NCBI GenBank assembly: GCA_023334545.1
Contig: JAADVB010000037.1
Location: 1 to 64,000 of the forward strand
Source of the DNA: Salisapilia sapeloensis CBS 127946
Lineage: Eukaryota > Protista > Oomycota
Reading direction: 5' to 3'
DNA length: 64,000 nucleotides
The notes below the pieces were generated by a model. That model had not been told where the DNA came from and did not search any database. It saw only the letters and a program-made list of their open reading frames with translations. Below are positions 9,549-20,077 of the stretch, piece by piece; the first letter of the stretch is position 1; every line of letters begins with the position of its first letter. The position numbers were made by a program, and so were the translations under genes.

Positions 9549-10502
9549 ATGATAGACTTTGACGTTGATTTTGCCTACCGCAAGATGCCCAGTCGAACGT
9601 CATCTTCCACCTCATTAATCGAGGCGAGCAAAAGTATTACACAGGGTCCTCATCAGCCAACTTCGCGAGAAGTAGCGTGGCTCAGACGCTGTCTTCCGGT
9701 GTTTTACCAGCCCCAATGCGACGTCGATAATGCAAATGAGCTCATCAAAATCTACTTTCGCTTCGAACGAGATGACATGGATGGATCTTTAAAATGCAAG
9801 CTCTGCATCGTCTTTGCTGGTGAAGCTTCTTACAATCGTATCAAGGAGACTGCCCAAAATGCATTTGCGACGCTCCTATACCGGACATTTAATCGTCGCA
9901 CGTACAAGCGGACGGCTGACATCAACTACATGGAGTACAGACATGTGGATTTAGATCCGGATTCGACGGTACCATGGCAGAGTATCTTCACCACCGATCA
10001 CAGTGGAGACCAGCGATGGTCCCAAGGCGCCAAACGCGACGTCCTGAACTGGTTTTCCCTCATGCATCACTACAAGCACAATGTCGAGTACTCAGAGTGG
10101 ACAAAGGTGGCAGATACCCATCGTCCAAAGCTCTACCTGAACACTTGCAACCACATGATCGGGCAGGTAGACAACAATCCAGATCTGGAAAAGTGTGAAT
10201 GGAAGAACTATCCGTTCGAATTGGGTGGAGAAGACGATGCTTTTATCTACGTTGTAGAGCACGTACCGACCAAGTTTAATCTTTATTCGTACGTTTGCTG
10301 CTGGTCTGCTCGGAACGGTGGAGGTTGCTGCGATCGATTTGTGCACCATCCGAATAAGATGCTTAAGAAAGACGAGTGGGCACTTTACTTTGACGAAGAT
10401 CATCCAGTCAGGCGTCTCTCGGCGTCAATATCCAACACGTTTTCCAAGACGCTGCAAGCTGTCCAAGGTCATAGTGCTAAGAGCGAATGTACTCAAGTGT
10501 AA
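9549..10502 (+). CDS. Hypothetical globular protein, unknown function
   Basis: 317-aa uninterrupted ORF with complex composition, divergent from the upstream gene and convergent with the downstream gene. Confidence 0.65.
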   Translation: MIDFDVDFAYRKMPSRTSSSTSLIEASKSITQGPHQPTSREVAWLRRCLPVFYQPQCDVDNANELIKIYFRFERDDMDGSLKCKLCIVFAGEASYNRIKETAQNAFATLLYRTFNRRTYKRTADINYMEYRHVDLDPDSTVPWQSIFTTDHSGDQRWSQGAKRDVLNWFSLMHHYKHNVEYSEWTKVADTHRPKLYLNTCNHMIGQVDNNPDLEKCEWKNYPFELGGEDDAFIYVVEHVPTKFNLYSYVCCWSARNGGGCCDRFVHHPNKMLKKDEWALYFDEDHPVRRLSASISNTFSKTLQAVQGHSAKSECTQV

Positions 10503-10588
10503 ACCAAGGACAGCATGTAGACGATGGTTGGCAATAGAACATGAACCAAACTTTATAGAAAGAGAAAGCGTCTGCTTGTCTTGGATGT

Positions 10589-13417
10589 TTAAAAAGCTTG
10601 TGCTCGCTCTTGTGTCTGACGCTTGGTCTCGTGAGTAGTTGCCTCGTCGCTTTCAATCTTATCTGCATGGTCTCCGTCGGCGACTGAAGTGTCTACCCGT
10701 ACTGGACAATACTTGGATGCCTCGGAACCTCGTACCTCGACCCACTTCGTCCACATCTCATGCACGCTTCGTGGACCTTGCTCCAATAGCCACCCCATTT
10801 GACGACGAGTGGCATCCAACACAGGCTGGAAACCCATTTGAGTCGCACCGGAATGGACCCAGTGAAAATCGAGCAGCATGAACGCCATCGAGTGCATCTT
10901 GAAGAACGCGTCGGTATCATCAAAGACGAACCAAAAAGGTGTACGACTCACGCGCTCAGCTACACGTAGCTGAAGTGTGGTTGGAGGCACAAGTGTGTGG
11001 TTACCATCTCCGATGGCAGGAAGCACAAGCTTTGTCGCTTTTTCAGGACTTGCATCGACCATCAGAAGTGACATGAGCATTCGCATGACATTGATGCAGG
11101 CTACGGGGAACGGATATCTGTCACCTCCAGGCTCACAGTTTCTCTCCATCATGCTTTTAGACTTTTCCGGATATTCCTCAAGGAAGTGCACGAGACATTC
11201 GAGTGCAAGTAGTCCGCCACCACGAAAGTTTCCTAGCACATTGTCCGTGTGGAAGCCACTGGACTTCCATTGTGCAGGATCCAGCAGCTCCTCTTTCGTC
11301 ATGTTCATACTACGACTCTCATCTCCGTCTTGATGAAGCAATTGAGTCCTTAATCTCTTTAGGAGGTCCAAGTGAAGTGGGTTGTCTACGTCAATGGTCT
11401 CGGATAGCTTATATCGAACGGTTTCCATCCATGACACTTTCTTCTTGAACACATCCTGACGAATGACGAGTTCATCACGAAAATCTTGCAAGATAAACGA
11501 TTGCTGATCAAAGAGCAAGGAGAGAACGGTGACATTAGCTTCGGTATCACGAGCTATCCGACTCATCGAGCGTCGTTGACTCGACATGAACTCTCGATCG
11601 GGAAGACCGTCATCATCCACAACTGCTACCAAGCGCAATCGAACTGATAACGAGTGCTGGAAGCCGACTGGATACTTGCGGGAACTAGCATCTGCGTACT
11701 CATCTAACGGAAACTCGTGCTTACGTCGGAGTAAGATGGGTGCGAAACAGTGCGCTATGGCATGCGCAGTTAGCCCATTCTTAGTAGCATGAAAAGGCTT
11801 TAAGAGTGTTTTCACGAGGTGGCACAATCGCTCCCAGATCGGTTTGGCATACCAAGGAAGGTCATTTACGAGTACTTTTAAGATCATCGTCTTCTCTTCT
11901 ATCGTCAAATGCTCATTCGACCCGTTTGTACCACACATACGTAGGTTCTGAAGCCGTTCTTCCGTAAGCAAGGAATCAGGAAGTTCCCACAAGTATTGTA
12001 GTAGAATCGCCACGACTTCGTGTGGATCGAGCGTCATGTTTCGAGTAAGACCGCCAAACTCTTCGATATCGTCACGCAACTGCATGACATGATCGGCTTC
12101 CAGATGGACTTGGAAGATACCAGGAGTGTCCAAATGTGTATATAAGTAGCTAAAACAGGCTTCAACAAGGTCTGGCAGACCCATGGCTGTTTCGAAACGA
12201 GCCATGCCACACAGAAACGGGTTGCACATAACATCCGAAAGCTTTGTCCCGAAGATGTAATAGTCTGGATACCCGACTTCTAAGAATCGCAGTACTGCAG
12301 CACTTGCGTCTTCGAGTCGCTTTGAAGTCGCTGCTTGTCGAAGTGTTTCAGCCAAAGGGTTACCGCCTTGGATTGTATCGTATGTCTCGCGAATATGATG
12401 CTCCGACGCAAGTTTTTGAGCTAGCACACCGGTCGTTTCGTCGATTTCACACAGCCGAACGCGTCCGGATGCCATGTCTTCTGAACTGATAAGCTTCGGT
12501 GCTTCTGGTATACTAGCGTCCGCACGTGGTTTGGGCATAGGTTTCGAGAACGGAAGTTCGGACGGGTCTTCGTCGAGTCGCATATCATCGATGACAAACG
12601 AAAACGGTAGATCGTCAAGAAAAGATATTAGATGCAAGAACATCTTCACGTCATCACGCTGACGGAAGAGTGCGTACTCATGGTAGTACGACGTTAAGAG
12701 CCCAATGTTGGTTTCTGCGAGGATGAATCCTAACGACGCTCGCAACGCATGCATGTTCATAGCTTGACGAAGGAATGACCTTGCTTTTCCAATGTCCGTT
12801 TGGACATTCACGACGGAGTTTGCAGACCGGACGGCTGCAAAGTACGCACGTACGTGACGCGGTAACTCGGCCTCAACACTTGACGTTACAACTTCTTCCA
12901 TTTTACTTGCAGATTTCCTAGTATTCTTGGATGCACTTTGCAGCGCTTCCAAAGCCTGTCGATACCGAAGTGCTTCAACGCGTGTACAAGTCCATTTGAC
13001 GATACCAAAGAACTGGACCGTAGTGGACGGATCGACGTCTTCAATGTCCACAGCTTGTTGCTGGTCGAGTGGAAGAAGGCCGTGATGCACACATCGATCC
13101 AAGTGTGTACATACCGTATTCACCATCGAGATATTGTCGTTTAAAAGAGTGTGAAACTTCCTCTCTTCTGTGCCTTCCATGATCGCAGCACCCAATTCAG
13201 AGTGCTCATTTTGCTCGACAGTATCTTCTTGAGCATGCGCAAATTCCAGAAGTGCACTGATGGATGCATCTAGTTCATCCAGCAACGCATTGCGCTGACT
13301 TTTGGCGAGATCATGAACCCTTGCTTGTTGACGCTGACGCTCTTCTTGTATACTTTCATTCACTTCCGGATCTTCACCAAGAAGGAACGACCCGAGCTTA
13401 TTTAATAAAGAAGACAT
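10589..13417 (-). CDS. RUN domain plus RhoGAP-like domain plus ELMO/CED-12 domain protein
   Basis: 942 aa. RUN: VCTHLDRCVHHGL ... GKARSFLRQAMN ... YYHEYALF. RhoGAP: LPDLVEACFSYL..PGIFQV..DPHEVVAILLQYLWELPDSLLT. ELMO: WKSSGFHTDNVLGNFRGGGLLALECLVHF ... YPFPVACINV. Confidence 0.8.
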   Translation of the reverse strand: MSSLLNKLGSFLLGEDPEVNESIQEERQRQQARVHDLAKSQRNALLDELDASISALLEFAHAQEDTVEQNEHSELGAAIMEGTEERKFHTLLNDNISMVNTVCTHLDRCVHHGLLPLDQQQAVDIEDVDPSTTVQFFGIVKWTCTRVEALRYRQALEALQSASKNTRKSASKMEEVVTSSVEAELPRHVRAYFAAVRSANSVVNVQTDIGKARSFLRQAMNMHALRASLGFILAETNIGLLTSYYHEYALFRQRDDVKMFLHLISFLDDLPFSFVIDDMRLDEDPSELPFSKPMPKPRADASIPEAPKLISSEDMASGRVRLCEIDETTGVLAQKLASEHHIRETYDTIQGGNPLAETLRQAATSKRLEDASAAVLRFLEVGYPDYYIFGTKLSDVMCNPFLCGMARFETAMGLPDLVEACFSYLYTHLDTPGIFQVHLEADHVMQLRDDIEEFGGLTRNMTLDPHEVVAILLQYLWELPDSLLTEERLQNLRMCGTNGSNEHLTIEEKTMILKVLVNDLPWYAKPIWERLCHLVKTLLKPFHATKNGLTAHAIAHCFAPILLRRKHEFPLDEYADASSRKYPVGFQHSLSVRLRLVAVVDDDGLPDREFMSSQRRSMSRIARDTEANVTVLSLLFDQQSFILQDFRDELVIRQDVFKKKVSWMETVRYKLSETIDVDNPLHLDLLKRLRTQLLHQDGDESRSMNMTKEELLDPAQWKSSGFHTDNVLGNFRGGGLLALECLVHFLEEYPEKSKSMMERNCEPGGDRYPFPVACINVMRMLMSLLMVDASPEKATKLVLPAIGDGNHTLVPPTTLQLRVAERVSRTPFWFVFDDTDAFFKMHSMAFMLLDFHWVHSGATQMGFQPVLDATRRQMGWLLEQGPRSVHEMWTKWVEVRGSEASKYCPVRVDTSVADGDHADKIESDEATTHETKRQTQERAQAF

Positions 13418-13673
13418 CGATTTGCAGCCGTCTTGGAAAGATATAGAGTGAATGTTCCGACAAGACTCTCCCGATCGAAGCGTCGTGTCTCTTCATTGCG
13501 TCTGCTGAGACCAAGATGTGGATATTACGACGGTTGACAGTACCTAAAACACCTAACTTCAATATTGAAGTAGTCTACGTAATCAATGTCAACGATAAGC
13601 CAATCGGAAGGCCAAAGATTTCCACGACATTTGCCGATCTTCCACCACATTAGCACATTCCTCTTTGATAAGC

Positions 13674-14639
13674 ATGGAGAAAATGTCGCTTTCGCTTCTG
13701 CTTTCTGTAGTGCTTGCCACGCTCACGACATCTATCGATGCGTTTCGTGCCCATCCGCCCATCATTGGTATGATGGCACATCCATTCACAGGTCATGGAG
13801 AATACATCGCTGCTTCGTACGTCAAGTGGGTCGAGAGTGCTGGTGGCCGCGTCGTTCCGATCCCATACCAAGCATCGGACGAGTATTTGCGTACACTTGT
13901 TCCCCAACTGAATGGCATCCTATTCCCTGGAGGCGGTGCTGCTTTGAGCCCTGCTGCACAGACTGCGTATGACATTGCGATTGAGCTGAATGACAAAGGC
14001 ATTCACTATCCTATTTGGGGCACATGCCTTGGCTTCGAGTGGCTTCTACAGATCACGTCCGATGACGTAAATTCGTTAAACTCTGGTTTGGAGTCCGAGA
14101 ACATTAGTCTCCCGCTTAACTTTACAGATAAAGCGCATGAGAGCCGATTGTTCTCGAGAGCGAGTGACGAGATCATGGAAATATTCGCTTCTAAGCCAGT
14201 GACGATGAATAACCATGGACTAGGCATGACACCAGAGAGGTTTGAGTCATACTCCTCGCTGACGAGCTTCTACGACGTGCTTTCTCTCAACAATGACGAT
14301 GCCGGTGTTACGTTCATTTCCACTATAGAGGCCAAAAAGTATCCCTTTTACGCTGTCCAGTTCCATCCGGAGAAGAACATGTTTGAGCTAGGTGAGTTCC
14401 CGGATGGAATACAATACGAAGACATCAACCACTCGGAAGAAGCCATCTTGGTTTCTCAATATCTTGCCAATTTTTTCCTCTCGGAAGCTCGGAAGAATGA
14501 GCTGCACTTTGATGACCCTCGCGTGGAACATAAGTCGCTTATTTACAACTACAAGACGAACACCATGGCTGATCCGGTGTTCGTCCAAGTCTACTTCTTT
14601 AAGCATGATGAACATATGAGCTACTGGCGGATGGAGTAA
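13674..14639 (+). CDS. GGH: Gamma-glutamyl hydrolase (peptidase C26), secreted/lysosomal
   Basis: Signal peptide; YIAASYVKWVESAGGRVVPI, GILFPGG, catalytic WGTCLGFE and QFHPEK. First ATG at 13674 (the track starts at a TTG). Confidence 0.92.
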   Translation: MEKMSLSLLLSVVLATLTTSIDAFRAHPPIIGMMAHPFTGHGEYIAASYVKWVESAGGRVVPIPYQASDEYLRTLVPQLNGILFPGGGAALSPAAQTAYDIAIELNDKGIHYPIWGTCLGFEWLLQITSDDVNSLNSGLESENISLPLNFTDKAHESRLFSRASDEIMEIFASKPVTMNNHGLGMTPERFESYSSLTSFYDVLSLNNDDAGVTFISTIEAKKYPFYAVQFHPEKNMFELGEFPDGIQYEDINHSEEAILVSQYLANFFLSEARKNELHFDDPRVEHKSLIYNYKTNTMADPVFVQVYFFKHDEHMSYWRME

Positions 14640-14682
14640 TGGAAATAACAAAGAATCTTTTTGATTTGGATGAGCTTGTTTC

Positions 14683-15387
14683 TTACAGCACCTCGGTGAG
14701 GATGAAACGAGCTTGACCTTCCTGGAGGTTTGTTGCTTGGATGCGGAAGGCTCCAGCAGTTAGGACCATATCCTCTGCTGCTGCCGAGTTCCAAGTTCTA
14801 TCGTCCTTTACGTTACCATTGGACACTTGGACGCTTGCATTGTCAAGTGCAACCATGACGGCATCCGACGCGAGGTCCAAGCTGATGGATTCAACGTCCT
14901 TCGTCAGAACGAGACTGTAGACACGACAGCGGGGTACTTCATTCAACTTTTCCACACCAGTCACGCTCTCGTGAGCGGGAAGATCGCTTGATAAAGCGAT
15001 TTTCGGCTCGTCTCGAGCAACCTCCACTTCAATAATCTGCATCGGATCGTTCAGTGTCTGCACAACGTGGATGCGGCGGTCGACTGGATGGTCTCGGCAG
15101 AAGACCTCTCCTTTCTTCTTCTGCAGTGGCTGCCAATCCTGGTCTTTAGAGCACTCACGAGCATTCAAGCCCGACGCAGCAATGTAGACACCGTAGCGAA
15201 CATGCTGATGCCTATCCTGAGCGTAAGTATGTGCGTCCTGCTACGTCAGAATAAGATTGTACCATTTGCAGGTTGTTTGCGGAGGAAATTGGACGTTCAC
15301 AAGACGAGCAAAGTCGTTCACCCATCGCTGCTTGTGCAGAGGTTCGTCGTCAACGGGAATAAATCTATCTGGGTCGCTACCGTCCAT
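14683..15387 (-). CDS. Cupin-fold protein (two exons)
   Basis: Removing a 51-nt GT-AG intron (15212-15262) joins two track ORFs into MDGSDPDRFIPVDDEPLHKQRWVNDFARLVNVQFPPQTTCKWHQHVRYGVYIAA...RIHVVQ...IIEVEV, which has a cupin-type HxH and a later His. Confidence 0.7.
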
Positions 15388-16213
15388 ATTTAGTTGGGAG
15401 AATATTCGAAACTGAGTCAGATCATATTCGTTATTCAAATTTTTTATTACAGACACCAGTAGCGATTGGCTCTTTCGGAAGTTGTGCATGACTTATGCTG
15501 CTTATATGTGGCAACATGTCCGTTAAGAATTTATCCAGTAGCTACATCTTGCTCTTCCAACTCCTATTGACTTATGTCTATCGGTCATGCTTCCAAAACC
15601 GCTCTGTTTCGACCACCGGAGAAATGTTCGATCAGTCGTCGTCAAGAATTTTGTCTTCAAGCATTTTGTACTCAGGTGGACCAGAGATATGACGCGCTCA
15701 TCCGACGAGACACGCCAGGACCCGATCTTAGAGCCGTAAGCGGCTCGACCAGGAGCTCATCCAAACTGCTTATGGGTATCCTGCATTAAAAACAAGTGTC
15801 CGCTCCGTTCAAATCATTTCAGCGGCAAAAGGGTCTAAAATCAAGTCAACTGCTTCAAAATACTCGCAGCGTTTGTGTATGCATGGGCTGATGTGACTAA
15901 CCCCACGCATATAGCCGTCTCGAATCAGGCAAGCATATACCGTGCTTGGCGCTTTATGCGCGAGCGATAGTGTACCTCTGTCATCTATATTCAAGTGGTT
16001 ATCAATGTAAAGAGCGCAACGTCAAGTCCAGTGACGTACACTTCCCGCCGAAAATCTGTTTGTTGATGGACGAGCAAGACACAGTTCAATTTCGTATACT
16101 TGCACAATCGAACGCTTCCGCCTCTTTTATAACGGCTTCGAAACCTTTCAGTCGCTACTGATCTCTACACCACGCACGCGACACCTCTCAGCGCACTAAA
16201 CTTTTCGTCGTAC

Positions 16214-17287
16214 ATGGAGCACGCAGGGCGTGATACGGCCGTCTGCAACGTCTCCGAGGACGGAGGCATGGAGCGAGACATTGACATGGAGATTGCCGAG
16301 TACCAGCGCCGGAAAAATAGCAGAGTCGCCACGCCAGTCACTCATGGCCACAGCTATCGGAGAGAGGTGCCAAAGTTCGAGCCCAAGCGGACCATGTCCC
16401 AGCGCATGCTATCTCGAGCGCGCGAAGCCAACAAGTCACAGCCCGTACAGCGGAACTTTGATCTGCAGCGAACTCATAGCTTCCGGACCAAAGTCATGGA
16501 GAAACGCCCGACGAGAGATCCGGAAGTGGATTCTCGATCCAGTTCGTCGAGCGGATCTGGCTCGAGCATGTCGTGTGCCCAGCGTTTGGAAGCTCGTATC
16601 CATAAGAAGCAGGAAAAAGGACACAGTCACACGTCACCAGGACACTCGAGCAATCGGCACACGTACCCGTCCAAGTCTCTCCAGAAGCTGGAAGCGAGGC
16701 TCTCTCAGCTCTCAGTCGATACGGATCACCAGGAGACCAGACAGTCAGCTCGTGTTGTACGAGAACGCTTAGCGTCCGTCCTGGATACGCCAGCAAAGGA
16801 GCCGACGCACCAGTCTTCTTCCAACCCTGGTGTCTTTTTCAAGTTTGAAGGACCGCCATCGGGTTCTGGATCGAATAATCGTCCACGACGCATTACAACA
16901 GCCGACTCTACCGTCCAGGAGAATCGTCAACGGACCAACAGTACTTTGCACCTGGCGAATCTGTCACCAGAAGGCGTGGAGCACAAGTATCAAAAGCTAG
17001 CGAATCAATTGGGCGAGATTGAGACTGTCGTGGAAGGCATGGAAGCTTGCCTTGGAGCAGCAGCCTTGCGATCTCTAACGCACGAGATTCTATATGAGTT
17101 GGAAGGATTGGAGAAATCGACGGAGCGAATTCGGTCGCAAGGCGCCTCGCTGCTCATGGCATCAATGAACGCAGTAAGAGGGCAGACTGAGTTGGAGCAA
17201 CGAGTGAGGCGACTTGTGTCACGTAGTAGTGCAGCTCAAGCGCGTATGAAGCTAGTCGAGTCGGCGATTCGACGAATGGTTGTATAA
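16214..17287 (+). CDS. Hypothetical protein, disordered Ser/Arg-rich N-terminus and C-terminal coiled coil
   Basis: 357-aa ATG-initiated ORF; heptad-like C-terminal 110 aa. Confidence 0.65.
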   Translation: MEHAGRDTAVCNVSEDGGMERDIDMEIAEYQRRKNSRVATPVTHGHSYRREVPKFEPKRTMSQRMLSRAREANKSQPVQRNFDLQRTHSFRTKVMEKRPTRDPEVDSRSSSSSGSGSSMSCAQRLEARIHKKQEKGHSHTSPGHSSNRHTYPSKSLQKLEARLSQLSVDTDHQETRQSARVVRERLASVLDTPAKEPTHQSSSNPGVFFKFEGPPSGSGSNNRPRRITTADSTVQENRQRTNSTLHLANLSPEGVEHKYQKLANQLGEIETVVEGMEACLGAAALRSLTHEILYELEGLEKSTERIRSQGASLLMASMNAVRGQTELEQRVRRLVSRSSAAQARMKLVESAIRRMVV

Positions 17288-17397
17288 TTTTTGTAGTGGG
17301 GATCAAGAGGCAGGACCATGCCGAGGGGGTGCGTAAGGAGAAAAGAAAGGATTTTTGGATGGACATTTAATTAAACGCATGCATGGATTGTCGTACA

Positions 17398-18393
17398 CTA
17401 GTTCAGCGAGTTCTCTCGACCGTGCTTGATGCAGTAGCCGTTCTTCTGCACCCACTTATCGCACCCGCCGACCTTACACTTGATACCGCCGCCATGACCA
17501 CGACACAAACCTCGCGACTGGCTGCTCTTCGGGCAGTCCGGGTGCTTACATCGAGCACCTCCGCCATGAGCCTTGCACAAGCCCCTCGACTGGGCCGTTT
17601 TATCGCAATTCTCATACGAGCACGGGGTCCCACCGCCATGTGCGATACATTTGCGGTTGGCCTGTGCACTTTTGGTACAATTCGGATGGGAACATCGCTT
17701 TCCGCCGCCATGGGTACGGCAGAGGCCTCTAGATCGAGCAATGTTATTGCAGTTGGCGTACCGGCACAGTCGACCTGTACGCAATGCGGCTGTGTTTGCC
17801 GACGACGCACTGGACAATAGGCCCAAAGCGCCGTCATCTTCTGATACGGACGACGTGCTAGACGACCTTTGGCGCATGTTTAAGTAGGAGACACCGGGAA
17901 GCGACTGCGAGTGCACGAGACCGACGGAATGCGGTGGTGTGGTCGACGTTGCGAGTGTCGACTGTCGAGTGTCCTCCTCCTCCTGGTTCCACGAGTCCGA
18001 GACGTCAGACGATGTACGCAGCGATAGCGGTGGCGGTCGCATATCGTTCACGTAAAAAGACTGGAAAGAGGGTAAGCGGGGACTGTCATTCGTGAACGGG
18101 TTATTACTTCCTTGGAAGAATGAAGGTGACGGCGCGGACTGCGCAGTGGCATGCGGGAACTGCGCGTGACGGTCATCACCGCGGCGCTTGCCGAGCGACT
18201 GCTGTCGTTCCATGGGTCGCATCTGCGACGTGTCGATCGGGACCGGCATCGACCGTGGCGCGGCGGACACCAATGGTCGCACTTGGTTCGTGGAGTCGAC
18301 GATGGAGAAGGGCGGCGCCTGCTTGAAGGTCTCTGCTTGGGCCATGGGCGCAGGGTTGGCCATGATTTGATCCCGCGTGCGCTGCCAATCCAT
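17398..18393 (-). CDS. WRKY19-like zinc-finger repeat protein (putative nucleic-acid binding regulator)
   Basis: About five C-x4-C-x3-A-x3-G-x-C-x2-HGGG repeats at the C-terminus, no WRKYGQK. In-frame ATGs at 18489 and 18393; the second is preferred. Confidence 0.8.
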   Translation of the reverse strand: MDWQRTRDQIMANPAPMAQAETFKQAPPFSIVDSTNQVRPLVSAAPRSMPVPIDTSQMRPMERQQSLGKRRGDDRHAQFPHATAQSAPSPSFFQGSNNPFTNDSPRLPSFQSFYVNDMRPPPLSLRTSSDVSDSWNQEEEDTRQSTLATSTTPPHSVGLVHSQSLPGVSYLNMRQRSSSTSSVSEDDGALGLLSSASSANTAALRTGRLCRYANCNNIARSRGLCRTHGGGKRCSHPNCTKSAQANRKCIAHGGGTPCSYENCDKTAQSRGLCKAHGGGARCKHPDCPKSSQSRGLCRGHGGGIKCKVGGCDKWVQKNGYCIKHGRENSLN

Positions 18394-19149
18394 ATCCTCG
18401 AAGACAAGTGGGCGACCGACGGCTAATTCAAGAGTGGCGGCTACAGCGTAGGTCGTGGCAAAAAATAGTCTGGACGGGCTTTGTAACATCTTGAGACAGA
18501 CAGGTGAAATGTGTTTATAACGGGTTTGGATTAAAGGAGGCCGAGAGGAGAAGCTTTCGTCATAGAGAGACGATGATGTGTTGCGAGGTAAGGATATCGA
18601 CGAGGTAGACGAACGGTGAGAGAGGGAAAGACCTAGAAAACCGAGGTTTCCAGTGACTCGTCGACCCTAGACAGTCGTTCGATCTGATAACGCTCCCGAC
18701 CGGTCAAAACACGGGAGATAGAAAAGCTGTGCATCAATCGACGTCCTACTCTTTCTGAGTATGCGTGCTGGTCGAGGTACAAGATGGAGGAAGGAAAAAG
18801 CGTCAGCTTCTCATCGATCGGTCTCGATGACTTTAAAGGAGGAAAGAGGTCGATGCGAGGCATAAACTTGTTTTGACTTGGAAAAAGAACCAGGTGGGTA
18901 TGAAGCGGTTCTATGCACACGCTAGGTAGATGCGCATGAAAAGTGCATGCTGTCGGCGCTCTTAACGACAAATTATGGCTTTGCTTTCACCATCCGCTCA
19001 GCGGATCGACAAGAGACGCGGCAGATTTATTCTGGTTTCTCTTGAGCTACTTGCTTGGCACCCTCTTTTAATAATCTGCCACCATTTAGTCTAAAAACGC
19101 CAAATAATGCCACTTTTGAAAAATGTCCGATTTATTCTGGATATTTTCG

Positions 19150-20001
19150 CTACTTCAGCAGCACATCGGCGTGGTGGTGAATGTGATCCTCGATCAATGT
19201 AGCGATCGTATAATAACTGTGGTCATATCCTTCTTGCATACGCAGCTTGAGTGGCTGCTTGACGGACTCACATGCAGCTTCGAACGCTTCCGGAAGCAAC
19301 TGCTTTTGCTGTAAAAAGTTATCGTCTGATCCTTGGTCGATCAAGATCGTCGATGCCAACGGACCGGACGACCGGATCAACTCTGTCGCGTCATACTGCT
19401 TCCACGTCTCTTGCTCCGTACCCAGGTAACCCGTGAATGCTTTCACACCCCACGGACATTGCATTGGATGGGTAATCGGGGCGAACGCAGAAATCGACTT
19501 GTACAAATTCGGATTGCGAATGCCCAGAACCAAGGCACCATGACCGCCCATGGAATGACCCATGATCGACTGCTTGTCTTCCAAGACAGGGAAGTTGGCA
19601 TTAACGAGCGAACGCAATTCCTTGGTCACGTACGAGTACATGCGATAATTCTGCTTCCACTTTGGTTCGGTGGCATCCAGGTAAAAGCCGGCGCCAGAGC
19701 CAAAGTCGTAGCTTTCGTCCTCTCCTTCAATATTCAGGTTACGAGGAGACGTATCAGACGTGACGATGGCAACACCACGCTCGGCAGCAGCTCGTACTGC
19801 CGTCGGAGCCTTCACGAAAAGCAGGTCGTCGGCGCACGTGAGGCCAGCAAGGTAGTAAATGACCGGCACCTTGTTGCTCTCACTCGCGTTTGGAGGCAAG
19901 TAGATGCTAAAGGTCATCTTGCACTTGGTCTCGGTACTCTCATGCGAATACTGACGGACACTTCCGCCAAAAGACTTTTTAGAAGAGATTAATTCGGCCA
20001 T
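19150..20001 (-). CDS. ESD: S-formylglutathione hydrolase / esterase D
   Basis: YYLAGLTC, GAGFYLDAT, catalytic GHSMGGHGA, DQGSDDNFL, GYDHSYY. ATG at 20001. Confidence 0.95.
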   Translation of the reverse strand: MAELISSKKSFGGSVRQYSHESTETKCKMTFSIYLPPNASESNKVPVIYYLAGLTCADDLLFVKAPTAVRAAAERGVAIVTSDTSPRNLNIEGEDESYDFGSGAGFYLDATEPKWKQNYRMYSYVTKELRSLVNANFPVLEDKQSIMGHSMGGHGALVLGIRNPNLYKSISAFAPITHPMQCPWGVKAFTGYLGTEQETWKQYDATELIRSSGPLASTILIDQGSDDNFLQQKQLLPEAFEAACESVKQPLKLRMQEGYDHSYYTIATLIEDHIHHHADVLLK

Positions 20002-20077
20002 CTTCTCGATCTTCTCCAATCGTGTTCTGAAATGGATCGTTCGTTAGAAGTCGACTCGTGTATCTGGATTGGCTAGA

